Assembly (NCBI RefSeq): GCF_004010195.1
Contig: NC_057719.1
Span: forward strand, 29,978,423 to 30,042,422
Length of the DNA: 64,000 nucleotides
DNA from: Chiloscyllium plagiosum
Taxonomy: Eukaryota
Direction: 5' to 3'
Shown here: in pieces, positions 25,771 through 39,344 of the stretch
Layout: each line of letters begins with the position of its first letter
How positions within the stretch are numbered: position 1 is the first letter of the stretch
The notes under the pieces: generated by a model
The model's database searches: none
The model's input: only the letters and a program-made list of their open reading frames with translations
Told to the model about the DNA's origin: nothing
Translations under genes and position numbers: made by a program

Positions 25771-28700
25771 TTTGATATGGAAACAAATTTTAAAGTGTCA
25801 TATTAATCATCATTATTCTGAGAAAATGTTGTGGATTGATCAAGGATAGCTGCTATTTTATCGAATGTAAAGATGAGTATTTTGATATCTATTGGGTGAT
25901 GTGCAAGACAAAAATGTGTGTTTGTTTGCTACTTGCATCTCTTCTGTCAAGCTGAAATTAAGCCCAATGATTTTTATATTCCTTTTAAATCAAAGCACCA
26001 GTATCTCAATAGACAAGTACCACTAGTTTAAAGAGGAGTTGAGGACATCTAGATCTGCAGTAGTACAGTGTGCTTCCACGAGAAATTAACTTTGATATAT
26101 ACATCTAGCTAGAACCAGAAATGATTACATTGAAATATGTGAATGATGGCAATATTTGATCCATGTCAGGAATCGAGAATGTATTGAATGGAAAAATAAG
26201 TGTTATCAAAGTGACATTGCGTAAAACCCTATAATAATAGCAAATGAATATGCAAGTTATAATAACAACACAATATTTAATTGTAAAACATTAGCCACAG
26301 TAGCCTGGACAAAGAAGGTTTAAAATTTAGTTCTCTCCTGCTGGCTGATACAAGTTACATTATTGAGTATTTTATGGATGTTTGGGGGTGGGGTCAGTGG
26401 GATATGTTGCTGCTGGTTCATTACTTTTGAGGAAGCACAATGTTGCCAATATTTTTCTTGCTGCTGGTAAGGAGCTGAATATTAAGTATATTTTGAGTAT
26501 ATAAACCTCAGCAACCTAATATTGTGGCAATGTGGCGTGTAATATTGTGGGAGTGGTGCTTTGAGTGTATTATGGTAGTAAATTGTAATTTGACAAGGGC
26601 TGGCTTTCTCATTAGTCAACCAAAGTCTGTATTCACTGTTTCATACCCCAGCAGGAAGTAGAAAGCCTGACTCTTTGTTTAGGGCTCCATTCAGCTGTAT
26701 GATTCCACAATGGCAGCATTTGGTCAGTAATACTTACTGCTTCACTTATTTAGTAAAGAAAATGAAATATTGAATTGTCTGTTTCTTTGTTTCTGTATTT
26801 GACACGTTAAAGTGTTGTGGAGTATCTGGATGTAGTTAGTTAATTACAGTGTAGTGCAAGTGACTGTAAATGGTTGCTGTCTTGGGTGCTGGAATCACAG
26901 TAGAGTGGGGTTTTTTGTCTCTAACTTAAGAAAACAAATCCTGAATGTGTATGAAGTAGACAGCATAATTAATTCTTGATGGGGCAAGAGAGTACTTTAA
27001 AAAGTTTTATTCATATCTTATTTTCAGTGAGGGAAAATATTAATTTAATAATAGGAAGGGCTTCACGTCTTGACCTTGGGTAAAGAAACACAATACCCTT
27101 GCGTTGTAATTTGATGCAAAGAAGACAGCTGAACTAGGGCTTAGCATGCAAGAAACCTATCACATCTTCAAATGTGACTGGTTCACATTACTAATTTTAG
27201 AACGTGGATCAGTGGGATAGGCCGAGGTCCTTCTAAGATTCTGCTTTTTGCACTAATCTCTAAAGAAGGGCTGTAATTCAGATTTAATGCAATATCTTGT
27301 GTTCTGGGATTAACATCTTTTTCTTTTCAAATTACATTATTTTAACATTGTTTCTTTTGCTTTCTTTGGAGCTAACTTTTAATGCTTTGAACCCATGGAT
27401 CCTGAAAAAATTTGTTTGGAACATTATCAGAAGCCAGATGCTGGCATCTTTAAAATGACATGTACAGGCTGCATAAGAGTGAAACAGATAAACATGCCTC
27501 CTTCCTTATAAGATATGGGCCTGGTATCTCCAGTGACCATAGATTGAGCACTAGAACCTGCTCCATAAGAAGTTGTAGGTGTCACTGTCACTGTCTCCTG
27601 ACATTCTTCCACCAATGTTGCTGTAGCAGCATTGTAACGTCTTTCAAGCTATTTTCCCTTTGCTCCTCTTCCAAACACTGCTCCCCAGTCTTCATTCTCT
27701 TCATTTGGTGTGTAGCTTTTATTCTTTATTACTTTTGCAAACTTAACTTGGAAGATATAAGAAGGGATGAGTTGCAAAATGTTGTTAATAGCTTGTAGTT
27801 GCTACTTAAAAGAAAATTCATCCCTGTGCACTCTTAATCCCACTTTGCTTTATGATATTAAAGCTGAAGTATCCACTGAAAAATAACTTAAGTTTTATGT
27901 AGAAGTAGGAACAAAAAGCAGCTGTTCTTGAATCTCCTTATCTAATATTTCATTCATACTATAACTGTAACAATTCAAAATGTATGCCATCAGCACAATC
28001 TCAAGGACAGCCTATCGACAATGAATGCCAATCCTGTTGGAAACACCCATGTCTCAAAAATGAATGAACTAAGTAAATTGAGTCAGGTTTGATAACATGG
28101 AAAAATGGGCTCCGCTATTGTGATCTTAGCTCATTGATAGCGGTCCAGGCCTAACTGCATGCTGTCTACTTACTTGCATAGTTTTAGTGCCCAGCCAGCA
28201 TTAAACTAGTTGTTGTTGGTTGGACACTGAAGTGTAAGGATCCAGAAGGCTTAATGCTGAGGAATGTCTTAAACAGTGCCCAATATAAGGATGTTGTATG
28301 CATTCAGTGGAGAGCAGCTCAGGATTTCAAAGAAGTAAGACGTACCATCTGGTTCTTGCACCGAGACATTGTTACACAAGCTAATAAGTCAGTGTAACTT
28401 GTACATAATTACTATCATAGAATAAACTGCTTTCTGTTTAGGATAAGAACCTCTTGTTAGATTAGCATATAGTTTTCCTGTACCATACTAGGCCAAGCAG
28501 GTCTTTCAGGAAAGATGATCATGGCAGTAGATCTAGCAGATAGTTCATGTGATATGATGAGCAGTGTCAAGGATTCAGCTTCAACACAGAGGGCCAATAC
28601 CGTGAATGACTTGAATTACTTAATAACAGGTACTGAGTCATGCAGGAAGTACTTCTGACCTAAGAAAATTTTTAAAAGATGCAAAATTACACAGACCACA

Positions 28701-31539
28701 AGGTTTTCAGATACTGCTCCAGAAGCCTTAGTGGAGGAAGTGGGAAGGAGATGAGAGATCCTGAACCTGTAGAGGTCAATGTGCCCTCCAGACACACAGC
28801 CTGAAGACAAAAGGAGCAGATAGTCATTGAGGTCATTACCATGCACCAAGGAGCTGGATGCAGGAGTGAAGGAAGTTTAATTACCTCACTTAATCCATAA
28901 AAATAAATTGTGTGCATCTGTGAAGAGAAAGCAGAGTTAAAGTGTTGAGTCCAGTGATCCTTCTTCAGAACTCACATCCTCCTTCCACCAATCGCTAAAT
29001 CCTTTCTGCTTTACAAACTGCCGATGGTGTAAGCATGCATCATTTATCTACACAATCTCACCCTGATGCCTTTCTGCTTCCAAAATGGAAGAACAGAATG
29101 GCCTAACAGTGAGAATATAGTAAGAAGACAGTAAGATGAAACTGTATAGTCAATCAATTTCAAACTTGCAGTTACTAATTCAGATACTGACTGTGTGTAA
29201 GGCAGAGGATAGAAAGGAGGTAGAATTTACACATGGTAAGACATGGGCACAAAGGCAGTACAGGTGCCAGCTCACCAAAAAGTGAGGTCATACATGTCAT
29301 GCTGCAGTTTTCATGCAGGGCAGCCTATACAGTAACACTGTTATACACATTAAACCATTTGTTATGTCACAAAACCTGCTGAAAGCCTTGAACTAGTGTC
29401 AAGGAAAATAGCGAAATCTGGCATCAGCTTATCACAGGATTTGCACAGAAATCGAAACCCACCTTTTCCATTGTAGAAGTTTTGGTCAGTTGCACTCAGA
29501 ATTCAGAATCTACTGTGATACAGCATCTGAAGGCCAGTGCACTAGATTCCAGTGTAGCATAAACAGCACGTCATACAATATGAATACTGTTGTGGAAGCG
29601 CAGACTGGTATCTTGCAAGTTTAGGTTCCTGTTTTACAATCTCAGATTGCATTCATCATGGCTGTGCATTAGTGTTCAAGGGATTTGCATAGTGCCTCAG
29701 CAATCCAATAATCTGTCCCCAACATATTGTGGGTTGCTGAGGCATATCCCCTTGGCAGTGACAGTGATTTAATGGATCACAAATCTGCTGTTCTCTCTCA
29801 GGAAGACAAACTTGTCGTCACACCCTTGCCATTGTGCCCATGCACCTCCTGTTTTCCACCAGCCAGAGTTAGCTGCTGCTGCCCGTGCTAAGATTATATA
29901 GTTCAGAGCCGGCTTTCAAAATCCAGAGGTGCTTGAGATTATCCAATACGACTGTGGCAGTCTTCTGCACTGGAAGCTCACCAGCCTTGCTGCATTCACT
30001 AGAGTAACATTGCAAAGGAGTGCTAGAACAGACAAAAACATACAGAATGTGGACGCTAAGGAAATAGACAAGGTGTGATTGGTTAACTTTTTTTGTACAA
30101 TATGGCATGATTTTATTTGTAAATTTAATTTTGAATTTTTATTTTGTGGTGGTTTTTACTTTTTGCATTGTAACCTAGAAGACAATATAACAGAACAAAA
30201 TACTACAGAAAGTGGAAATCCAAAAAGGAAAGAAAATGCTGGAAATATTCAAGTTACATTGTGTCTGTAGGGAAAAAAACAGAATTAACTGTCAGAATTT
30301 TACCAGCCCACTGCTGACAAGCTGAGAGGTACAAAAATTGGCAAAATGGCTCAAGAAAGTGCTGGGATCATGCTCATGGCTTTTTGCCATTATGCCTTGA
30401 TGCAAGTGGAGGGATATCTGACAGATGTGGTGCTGTGAGGGAGCCCAGTGAGCCACTAAAGTGGCCAATTAAGGTCTTCACCCCTACACAGCATGCATTT
30501 TGCCTATTTGGGCCCACCAAAGTGTGCAGAGGTCATCCTGTGAAACTTGGGGCCTCTTGCTTCCCACATTGATTCCTCCTACAACCCCCCACACCCCACC
30601 TCATCAGCCACAGATGGGGAGTCCTTCTGTTTGTGTGTTCAACGGCACAGAGAGGGGCCAAGACAACAGTACCACCCACTTTGACAAATCCTGCCTTTAT
30701 TGACAAAGCCTGTGTACCTTGCCCAAGTGAACACCCAATATCACTTACCCACCTTGAAGATAGCCTTGATCATTGATGTCTCCTTGCAGCTGCAGCCTTA
30801 GCATTGGACATGACTAGCAGTGGTAAGTGCTACCACCTGATTGGTTCAGCAGCATTTAGTGGTGAGGAGCTTCCCTTAGTAGGGACAGGAGCCATTTAAT
30901 TTGTCAAAGCTCATCATACATTCCTGGGTCCCACAGATTGCAAAAGCACTGACTCTTTTCAGCCCCAGCAGTGAGACTTCAACCTGTAACAATGCAACAT
31001 TTCAATTTGATGAGCTTTCGTCAGAACAGAAACACTAAGAGGAACCTTGTTGAGGTAATACAGCTTTCTCATCTGCTAGATAGACAGCCAAGGAAAAACC
31101 CACATTGCCTCTGACGCAGAAGCCCAGGTGAATCACATGACAATCAGGCAATGGTGAAGACACCTTGGTCCTTTCCCAGGAATCAAGACCATTGGGGTCC
31201 AAAATCACTCTCAGCAAGAGCTGCTAGCCAGTCAGCTCTTTCTTTCGATAATGTCATGGAGGAAACTATGGCTGCTGCCAGAAAGGCACTCCCCGGAGCC
31301 CCTGGGTAGTGGAGGAATCAGTATTAAGTAATTTGCTGGGAAAGGCTTTCTGAGGTTGGGGATATAGGCAGAGGAGGTAAAGGGGGTTCAGAAGCAAGGA
31401 TAGAATGTTGGCTTCCAGCAGGATTCCCCAGTCATGTGCCCAGTTCTTTGATCAGGTCATTGATTGCCTTTGAAGGGCACTCATCACCAAGGTGACAAGG
31501 TGGGTGCTCAGATTAAACTAGCATTTAGAGTCCTATGTA

Positions 31540-31750
31540 AATCATAAGGTTCTGATTTGCATCTGGTATTAAAAGTCTAACAATGACTATTGTTTGTCTG
31601 AAAATTCCTGCTGGATCACTCGTCCTTATCTCGTCTGACCTACATGCGACTTCAGACGCAGAGCAATGTGTTTTATTCTTAACTACCCCCTTTGCAATTA
31701 GGGATGGGTAATAAGTAAATGTAACACCCACGTCCTGTGAATGAATAAGA
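31540..31750 (+). mobile_element. SINE, second family, partial
   Basis: gacctacatgcgacttcagac ... caattagggatggg, shared with the other copies. Confidence 0.6.
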
Positions 31751-31929
31751 AGGATGTGTTTTTAGCATCAAATTTTGCTTCATTATACATCTATGAAATG
31801 CTTAGGATGTTTTATTATGCTAAAGGTACTATGTGTCACTGTTATTGTTGAAGTATCTGAATTAATTATAATCTACCCTTAGCAGCCAACTAGTCAGAAT
31901 TGATATTAGGTAATATCTTCACTGCCTAT

Positions 31930-32236
31930 TTGATTTGATTGGATTTATTATTGTTCCATGTACCAAGAAAAGGGAAAAGTATTGTTTTGCATGCTATCCA
32001 GGCAAATCACACCTTACATAAGTACATCAGCTTAATGTAACAGAATGCAGAATGCAGTGTCACACCTGCAGAGAAGGTGCAAAGAAAGATCAACACTAAT
32101 CTTCAAGAGGTCAACTGAAAAGTCTGATGACAGCAGGGTAGAAGCTGTTCTCTGATCTGTTGGTACGTGTTTTCAAACTTTTATATCTTCTGCCCAAAAG
32201 AATAGAGTGGAAGAGAGTATAACCGGGGTTGGAGGG
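31930..32236 (-). mobile_element. Rex1/Babar-type LINE 3' end
   Basis: (tttga)n tail complement followed by agtctgatgacagcagggtagaagctgttc ... cttctgccc, matching the C-terminal LLPSGRR-type region on the minus strand. Confidence 0.6.
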
Positions 32237-32693
32237 ATCTTTGATTATGTTGGTCCATACCCTACTATGCCCTTGCATTTTAAGTACTCATCCAGATGCT
32301 TCTTAAATGTTGCACATTTACCTGCCTCTGCCACCCTGTCAGGCAGCATATTCAATATTTTTACCGCTCTGAATGAAAAAAAAATTCAGATCTTCTGTAA
32401 ACTACTTCTTCCTCACCAGCCCTCTGGTCTCTGGTCTTATAAGCTACTTCGTCTATGTCTCTCATAACTTTGTATACTTCAATCAGATCTCCCCTCAGCT
32501 CCAAGGAAAACAAACCCAGCCTGCCCAGTCTCTCCTCATGATAGGCTTTTCATCCCAGGCAACATTTTAGCAAATCGCCAAAATCTCCAATCCTCCAGTC
32601 ATCTGGCACTTCACCTGTGGCCAGCTAAATATTAAATATATCTGCCAGGGCTCAAAAGATCTCCTCCCTTGTCTCCCAAAGCACCCTGAGATG

Positions 32694-33067
32694 CCGTATA
32701 TACTTATGTATAGGTGGAATTATGAAGGCGGTTTTTTAAATCTGAAATTATGGGGTCGACTTATAAACAAGGTATTGTTTTCAAAGGATGAATATTTATC
32801 TACAAAATAGATAAAATGGGAAATTTTCTTTCCCAACAGTTCCCTCGTACTGGAACATTCCCTGTAATATGTTCAGGCCGCGGTAAGCCACGGGTAACTG
32901 AAACTGACTCTACAGTTATGGTGACAGCTGGTAGACTGTAAGACCCAGAATGGAGCAGTACAGCAAGCAGACTGGAAAGCCAGACTGACTCGTAAATGTT
33001 GATCTGTAACTGTGAAGAACTAGGGTCAACTTATACATGAGATCTACCTATACATGAGTATGTACGG
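32694..33067. mobile_element. Non-autonomous Tc1/mariner-superfamily (Tc2/pogo-like) DNA transposon nested in an old CR1 fragment
   Basis: TIRs ccgtatatacttatgtataggtgga / tctacctatacatgagtatgtacgg, flanked by TG (decayed TA) and TA; internal gggtc(g/a)acttata repeats. The flanks rejoin as CR1 sequence (cctgaga-ta-catctcatcaaggcctggggattt). Confidence 0.75.
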
Positions 33068-34324
33068 TACATCTCATCAAGGCCTGGGGATTTCATTTTG
33101 TTGCAACATGTAAATTTGCATTCCTGTATCTGGGCTTTGTTACTTCAGTGTTTTCTTGAAGAAACATTTCTACATCCTCATCTGTCCTTAGCCCCATTCC
33201 CCAACCTCTAATTATTCAAGAAGGTGAATTGCTCTTAAATGGTGGATGTAAAAACTTGTTGCTGTGGCCCCAATATGCTCTCTCAAAGTCCTATTTGGCT
33301 TGACATGGATGGAAAACTGGGGGTAGAAAATAGACAGTGCTGTCGAACTGAGAGAAAGTTGCCTATGCATAGGAGATCTGCAACATCCTTACTAGCCAAC
33401 CACCGCAGAGCCACATCTACCAAAGACCATCAGATGGCCTGCAGGCACAACATGTTCCTGCCCCACTCTCCCCATCTGCTAATATGAAAGCTTTTACCAA
33501 ATTGAAGGTGTTCAGGAGGATTTGGGAGTTTACTTGCACTCTCAACTTACATCTGCAGTCTGCCGAAACAAAACACCTCTGGCCCACTTAGTGTGCTCAA
33601 ATATTTGGCTCACTCCCTCACAGAGACACAACAAAATGACAGAACTTTCTGAAAGATAAGAGCTTGCCCTGAGAATGTCACCCAATGGCTTTTGTAGCAC
33701 AAGAGTGTTTGGATTTGCTGTAATAGGCTGGAGTTTTTAAAAATGTTGCTTAATGTCGATACCCTCATTATAAAACAAAGTTAAATTAGCATAATCATGT
33801 CCATTTCGTTCTTTCGATCAGGGTTTCTCAATTTATTTACTATTGCGCTACATGTCTTATAAGAATTTTGCTGGCCCCATAACAACTTCTGTACTAAAAC
33901 TGTCAAAGACTATTTGTATATAAGGCTGTTTGTTTATAAGGCTATTTACTAAATGGGGAAAGGCTTCGAAAATCTGAAGCACAATGAGGCAGTTTTAGGC
34001 CCCATATATAAGGAAGGATGTGCTGGCTTTGGAAATGATCCATAGATGGTTTTGAAGAATTATCCTGAGGTTGAAGGACTTGTCATTAGAGGAGTGGTTA
34101 GGGTTTTTTTTTGTTGTGTGAAACCTGATAAAATTTAGTTGGACTTACAATCATGTTCTTCTAAAAGATGATAGGACCACATTAATAGTGTAGCAGGTAA
34201 ATCAAGCTTAAGTCCTAGTTGCATTGAATGGACAGGCTGCAGAGAAATCCTGGTGGACTCAGAACAGGAAATTTGAGATTGCAGTGGCATAGCAGGATGT
34301 CCTGAGGAATCTGCCCCAGTCTTA

Positions 34325-34740
34325 GAGAGTCATAGAGTCATAGAAATGTACAGCATGGAAACAGACCCTTCGGTCCAACCCGTCCATGCCGACCAGATAT
34401 CCCAACCCAATCTAGTCCCACCTGCCAGCACCCAGCCCATATCCCTCCAAACCCTTCCTATTCATTTACCCATCCAAATGCCTCTTAAATGTTGCAATTG
34501 TACCAGCCTCCACCACTTCCTCTGGTAGCTCATTCCATGCATGTACCACTCTCTGTGTGAAAAAGTTGCTCCTTAGGTCTCTTTTATATCTTTCCCCTCT
34601 CACCCTAAATCGATGCCCTCTAGTTCTGGACTCCCTGACCCCAGGGAAAAGACTTTGTCCATTTATCCTGTCCATGCCCCTCATAATTTTGTAAACCTCT
34701 ATAAGGTCACCCCTCAGCCTCCGACGCTCCAGGGAAAACA
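34325..34740 (-). mobile_element. 5'-truncated young CR1 (3' end)
   Basis: (agagtcat)n tail; 12-bp TSD gccccagtctta at 34313-34324 and 34741-34752, overlapping CR1 sequence by microhomology. Confidence 0.92.
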
Positions 34741-34963
34741 GCCCCAGTCTTAAAATTATCAGTAACCTATGAAAGCTTCTATGTTTCTAAGATTAAACGA
34801 CTTGAAATAGGCAAACATGTCAGCAAAATTGCTTAACATAATTTGCCCTAAATTTTAAAATAAATCAAAAATCCTGAAGGAGTTTGTTCATCTTTATTCA
34901 TTGGTTGGTTTAAAACCACTAGTCATATGGGAGCACAGCGGAGAACCCATTGCAGATAAGAAA

Positions 34964-35094
34964 GGAGAAAGTGAGGACTGCAGATGCTGGAGATCAGAGC
35001 TGAAAATGTGTTGCTGGAAAAGCGCAGCAGGTCAGGCAGCATCCAAGGAGCAGGAGAATCGAAGTTTCAGGCATGAGCCCTTCTTCAGGAATGA
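34964..35094 (-). mobile_element. PLE terminal-repeat fragment with hammerhead-like motif
   Basis: Minus strand reads cattcCTGAAGAagggctcatgcctGAAACttcgattc; same family as 35646-35863. Confidence 0.85.
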
Positions 35095-35645
35095 GGAGCC
35101 TTCCCAACATCCACTTTCTCCAGGCCATTCAGTATTCTGTATGTTTCAATTAGATCCCCCCTCATGCTTTTGTTCGTAGCACTGAATATAGACTCAGGAT
35201 CCTCACACGTTCCTCATATGATAGGCTTTTCATTACTGGGACCATTCTCATGAATACACTCTTTGAATACAATCCAGGACCAATACATCCTTCCTAAGAT
35301 ATGAGGCCCAAAACAGTGCACAATAATCCAAATGTGGTCTGACCAAAGCCTTATAGAGTCTCAGACGTACACCCCTGTTTTTATATTCAAGTCCTCTCAA
35401 AATAAATACCATCATTGCATTGGCCTTCCTGACTACTGATTCAACCTGCAAGTTTACCTTGAGAGAATCCTGGACTAGAACTCCCAAGTCTCTTTGCACT
35501 TAAGACTTTTGAATTTTCTCCCCATTGAGAAAATAGTCCATGTCTCAATTCTTCCTACCAAATGAATGACCTCACACTTTCCCATGTTGTACTCCATCTG
35601 CCACTTCTTTGCCCACTCTCCTAACCTGTCCAAATACTTCTGCAG

Positions 35646-35863
35646 GGAGAAAGTGAGGTCTGCAGGTGTTGGAGATCAGAGCTGAAAATGTGTTGCTGGA
35701 AAAGCGCAGCAGGTCAGGCAGCATCCAGGGAACAGGAGAATCGACGTTTCGGGCATAAGCCCGGGCATAATTCCTGAAGAAGGGCTTATGCCCGAAACGT
35801 CGATTCTCCTGTTCCCTGGATGCTGCCTGACCTGCTGCGCTTTTCCAGCAACACATTTTCAGC
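35646..35863. mobile_element. Young palindromic PLE-derived insertion
   Basis: 16-bp TSD ccaaatacttctgcag at 35630-35645 and 35864-35879; perfect 82-bp inverted arms at 35681-35762 and 35782-35863. Confidence 0.92.
35771..35805 (+). ncRNA. Minimal type I hammerhead ribozyme motif (PLE-associated)
   Basis: CTGAAGA (35774-35780), an extra A, stem II GGGC-ttat-GCCC, GAAAC, and the GTC cleavage triplet (35799-35801). Stem III is replaced by the palindrome ACGT. Stem I pairing is weak (TTC/GAT). Confidence 0.7.
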
Positions 35864-38659
35864 CCAAATACTTCTGCAGCCTCTCCACCTCCTCAATGTT
35901 ACAAGTCCCTCTATCTATTCTTTGTATCATCTGCAAACCTTGCCAGAATATCCTCCATTCTTTCATCTAGATCATTAATGTATAAAGTGAAAATTTGTGG
36001 TCCCAACACACAGCCTTGTGGAACACCACTTGTCACCAACTGCCATCCCGAGAAGGACCCTTTTATCCCCACACTCTGATTCCTGCCAGACAGCCAAGCT
36101 TCTGTCCATGCTAGCAACTTGCCTCTAACACCATGGGCACTAATCTTACTCAGTTGCTTCCTGTGTGCCACCTTGTGAAAGGATTGATTGCCACACCTAC
36201 CATTAGCCATTTCCACTCATGAAATGTATTCTTCTGTTTTTATTTCCCTCTTTTGCAGGGCCTGTACTGGTTTCTCAATATTTGGCTCTCAATTGCAGTC
36301 AATACCTGTGTACTATTGCCAATTTCTGATATGCTGTGTACTGTCCAGCTTTGACTTTTGATATCATTGAGTAATAAATATGTGCCCAACATTACTGGAT
36401 TACCATTCTGCCACTAGAAAGGAAAAGGTCTCTGTTTGTTAGATAATCAAGCTTTTGATATACACCCAAAAATCCTGGAATGAGGTAATTCTAATATTCA
36501 AACAGAATAATGACTGTTAGCAAATTGGAAGCAGGGCAGAACTTAGGAGTCCTCAAACTGTTGAGGAAAACAATAGTGAAACAAAAGCTTGTTGAATCCA
36601 GCAAGATCATTTCTCCAGGAAAATACAAGAAGTGAATAATATCTGAGCAAATAAACTATATGTATAAAATCAAATGCTTATTTGCAGTTTTGTGCACACT
36701 GGGTGTGATTGGACCATTCCCCATCAATCATTTAGGATCCTGTGATGTTTGGTGTGAGGGCAGGTTTCCGTAGAGAGGCTATAAAGGCTTTTTGCTGGTG
36801 GAAAATTAATGCTGCTTTGGATGCTCTACAGTCTGATAGATGTTGATTTTTAGGGTTTGATTACCTCTCCAGCTTCAGAGTAATTACACCAAAATCCTCG
36901 CCTGTATTTAGTAGGCATGGGATCCACTGAGCTATTATTGGCAACTGGTTAGAGTTCTCAAGTTAAGCTGTTAAATCCCCAGCCACACTTCTGAACTCCT
37001 TCTTGGACAGCTAGTAGGTGTGCCCATCCATAATCTTGGATGAGAATTTTGTGTGTAGTTTACATTCATCTTCATATATACAAAATTTCATCTTCCCCTC
37101 TGGGGAAATGTTGATTTCAGCCCTACCACTGAATTCAGGAAGTCTGAGCACTATGTCCTTAGTAATAAATGTGTTATGTTGGCTCTTAACTAGGCAAGCT
37201 TTAAATAACCATTGCTAAACATATTAAAAATGTTGATATTTATACTAGGACAAATTTGCAATTCAGCAAGTTTAAAAAAAAACTTCTCAAAATGATCTGG
37301 TGAGTTGCTAATTGTAGGAACCAGCAACGTGTCCTTCTATATTACAGTACTTACTGCACATTTGTGGAGATGATAAAATCCTTCAGAAATCACAAGGCAC
37401 ATTGAAAATCATACTTACCTACATTTTCTTTCCCTTGAAAAATGAAAGCAGTCTAGATATCTGCCATTTGTCTCATAAACAAGTTGATTTGTTTTATTAA
37501 AATAAGGAATTCTTTGCTGTGTGCCATTGTTCTTGTTTAAAAAGTTCTCCAACATGGGAAAGTATAGATGCTCTGGCACCGGAGGCATTTGTGAAGATCT
37601 TAATTTAAATTCAGAGTTTCTGTTTACCGTGGCAAGTAGCCTTTATTTCCAAGAGCTTGGTTTAACAAATGTTGCTCTCTGAGACACAGGATTATTGTGA
37701 GTACCATGTATAATTTGTGCTGCACTAAAGTCCAACTGTTATTAGGAAGTTACATTTGGTGAACTGAAAAACCCCTTTTTACACATTTCGTGCAGTGCTC
37801 TTGTGATTAATTGTCTATCCCACAGGTTAGTAGATTCCACAGACAGCAGATGGCTGCATGCATGCTTACAATGGATAATTAGGCAGTGGGGCACATTTTA
37901 ATTTAGTTTTATTAGCTGAGCTCTCAGCATCCAGACAAAAATACAATTTATTAGTAATGTTTAAATACATGTTCTTTTGTTTCATATGGACTTTAACAAA
38001 GGCTAAGTTAGGTATCATCAACACATTTAATGTTGAACTTGTTTTTTTAATTGTTAAAAATGAAGTCACCAGAAAGAATGCAGCTGTCTCTTATTTATTA
38101 CCATCATGTAACAGTTAGTCCAAGCGTTACCATATCAACAACAAAGTATTTGCTAATAGGGAGCACCATAATTTTTTTTGCAGGCATGTTGTGAAAACGA
38201 ACCTTGAAAAGACAAAAGGACAGTTATATAATCAAACTTTTTTAGGAAAATAGCTTGCACATATCAGGCATTCACTACAGTGGTTCTATTGTTTACCTGA
38301 AATCTTACCATTGGTGTGACATTAAAATCAATCAAGTAAACTGCAGCTCATTTTCATACACACATTTATTTTACTTTTTTATCCCAACATGCCCTCAGTG
38401 CTAACTGAATTATTCCTAAAATGAAGGAATTAGCTTTCCCACTCCCAGCCATTGTTTCCTTTTTTTATGGGTGAGACAAGCAACAGTCTCTTGGAGTTCT
38501 GCCAGTGCCATTCATAAAGTTACCGAAAGATGCAAAAGAGAGCTTTAAGCAGCTCAGATTGCAGTAAATATATATACCCATTTGCAACATGTACATATTG
38601 ATAGGGTGAATGTTGTAAGCTTCATTTTGGTTGCAATTCCTTAGTTGACAATACTAATT

Positions 38660-38990
38660 AGTTTTGGATTCAGGCCCTACTGCAGAACTGAGTATATAGT
38701 TTAGGCAGGATTGAGAGAGTGCCGAAAAGTAGAAAATGTAGTTGCTAAAGTAAGTCCTGTGTGCCTGTCCTACTGCAACAGGTAAACTTTCAAGATCTCA
38801 AAGAAGCATAAGGAGCTCTCCTGATGCCCTGGCTAACTTTACTTCTACTAACCAAAGCAAATAAGGACAATTAATTGTTTTTTCTGAGAAGGCGTTATGT
38901 AGAAAATAGTTAACATTTTTATATTTAAAGCAGATACTGCAGTTCCAAATAACTTATTGTAATTAAAATTGTTATATGCGGTTTCTGAAA
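38660..38990 (+). mobile_element. Ancient Deu-domain-like SINE remnant
   Basis: aaagaagcataaggagctctcctgatgccctggctaactttacttctactaacc resembles the Deu-SINE core as I recall it; heavily diverged. Confidence 0.4.
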
Positions 38991-39344
38991 TCTGTAATAA
39001 TTAGCATACTTCATTTAATTTAAGTATTTTAAGAGGGACTGATGTTTAATCGGTAAGGAAATCTATAGCCATGGATAAAGGCAACAAAATGGAGTTGAGG
39101 GTTATCAGCTCAGCCATGATCTCATTGAATGGCAGATCAGACTCAATGGGCTGAAAGGCCTATTCGTTCTCCTACGTCTTAGTCTTATAGCCTTTCATTA
39201 AAATATTTTACATTTCATTTTTGAATTAGAAATGGAAACACTGTTGTAATCTGAATGTTTTTCTAACAAAGAGACATTTTACTTTACATGAAAGTTGTTA
39301 ATGCTGTGGAATAGAACTCATGTACCATCCTGCCTTTTTATGGT

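Larger units (their letters stand above)
35095..36180 (-). mobile_element. Older CR1 RT fragment (interrupted by a PLE)
   Basis: [13 protein letters not shown]...YINDLD...RFADDTK and QRDLGVLV...LVRPHLDYC. Confidence 0.9.
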
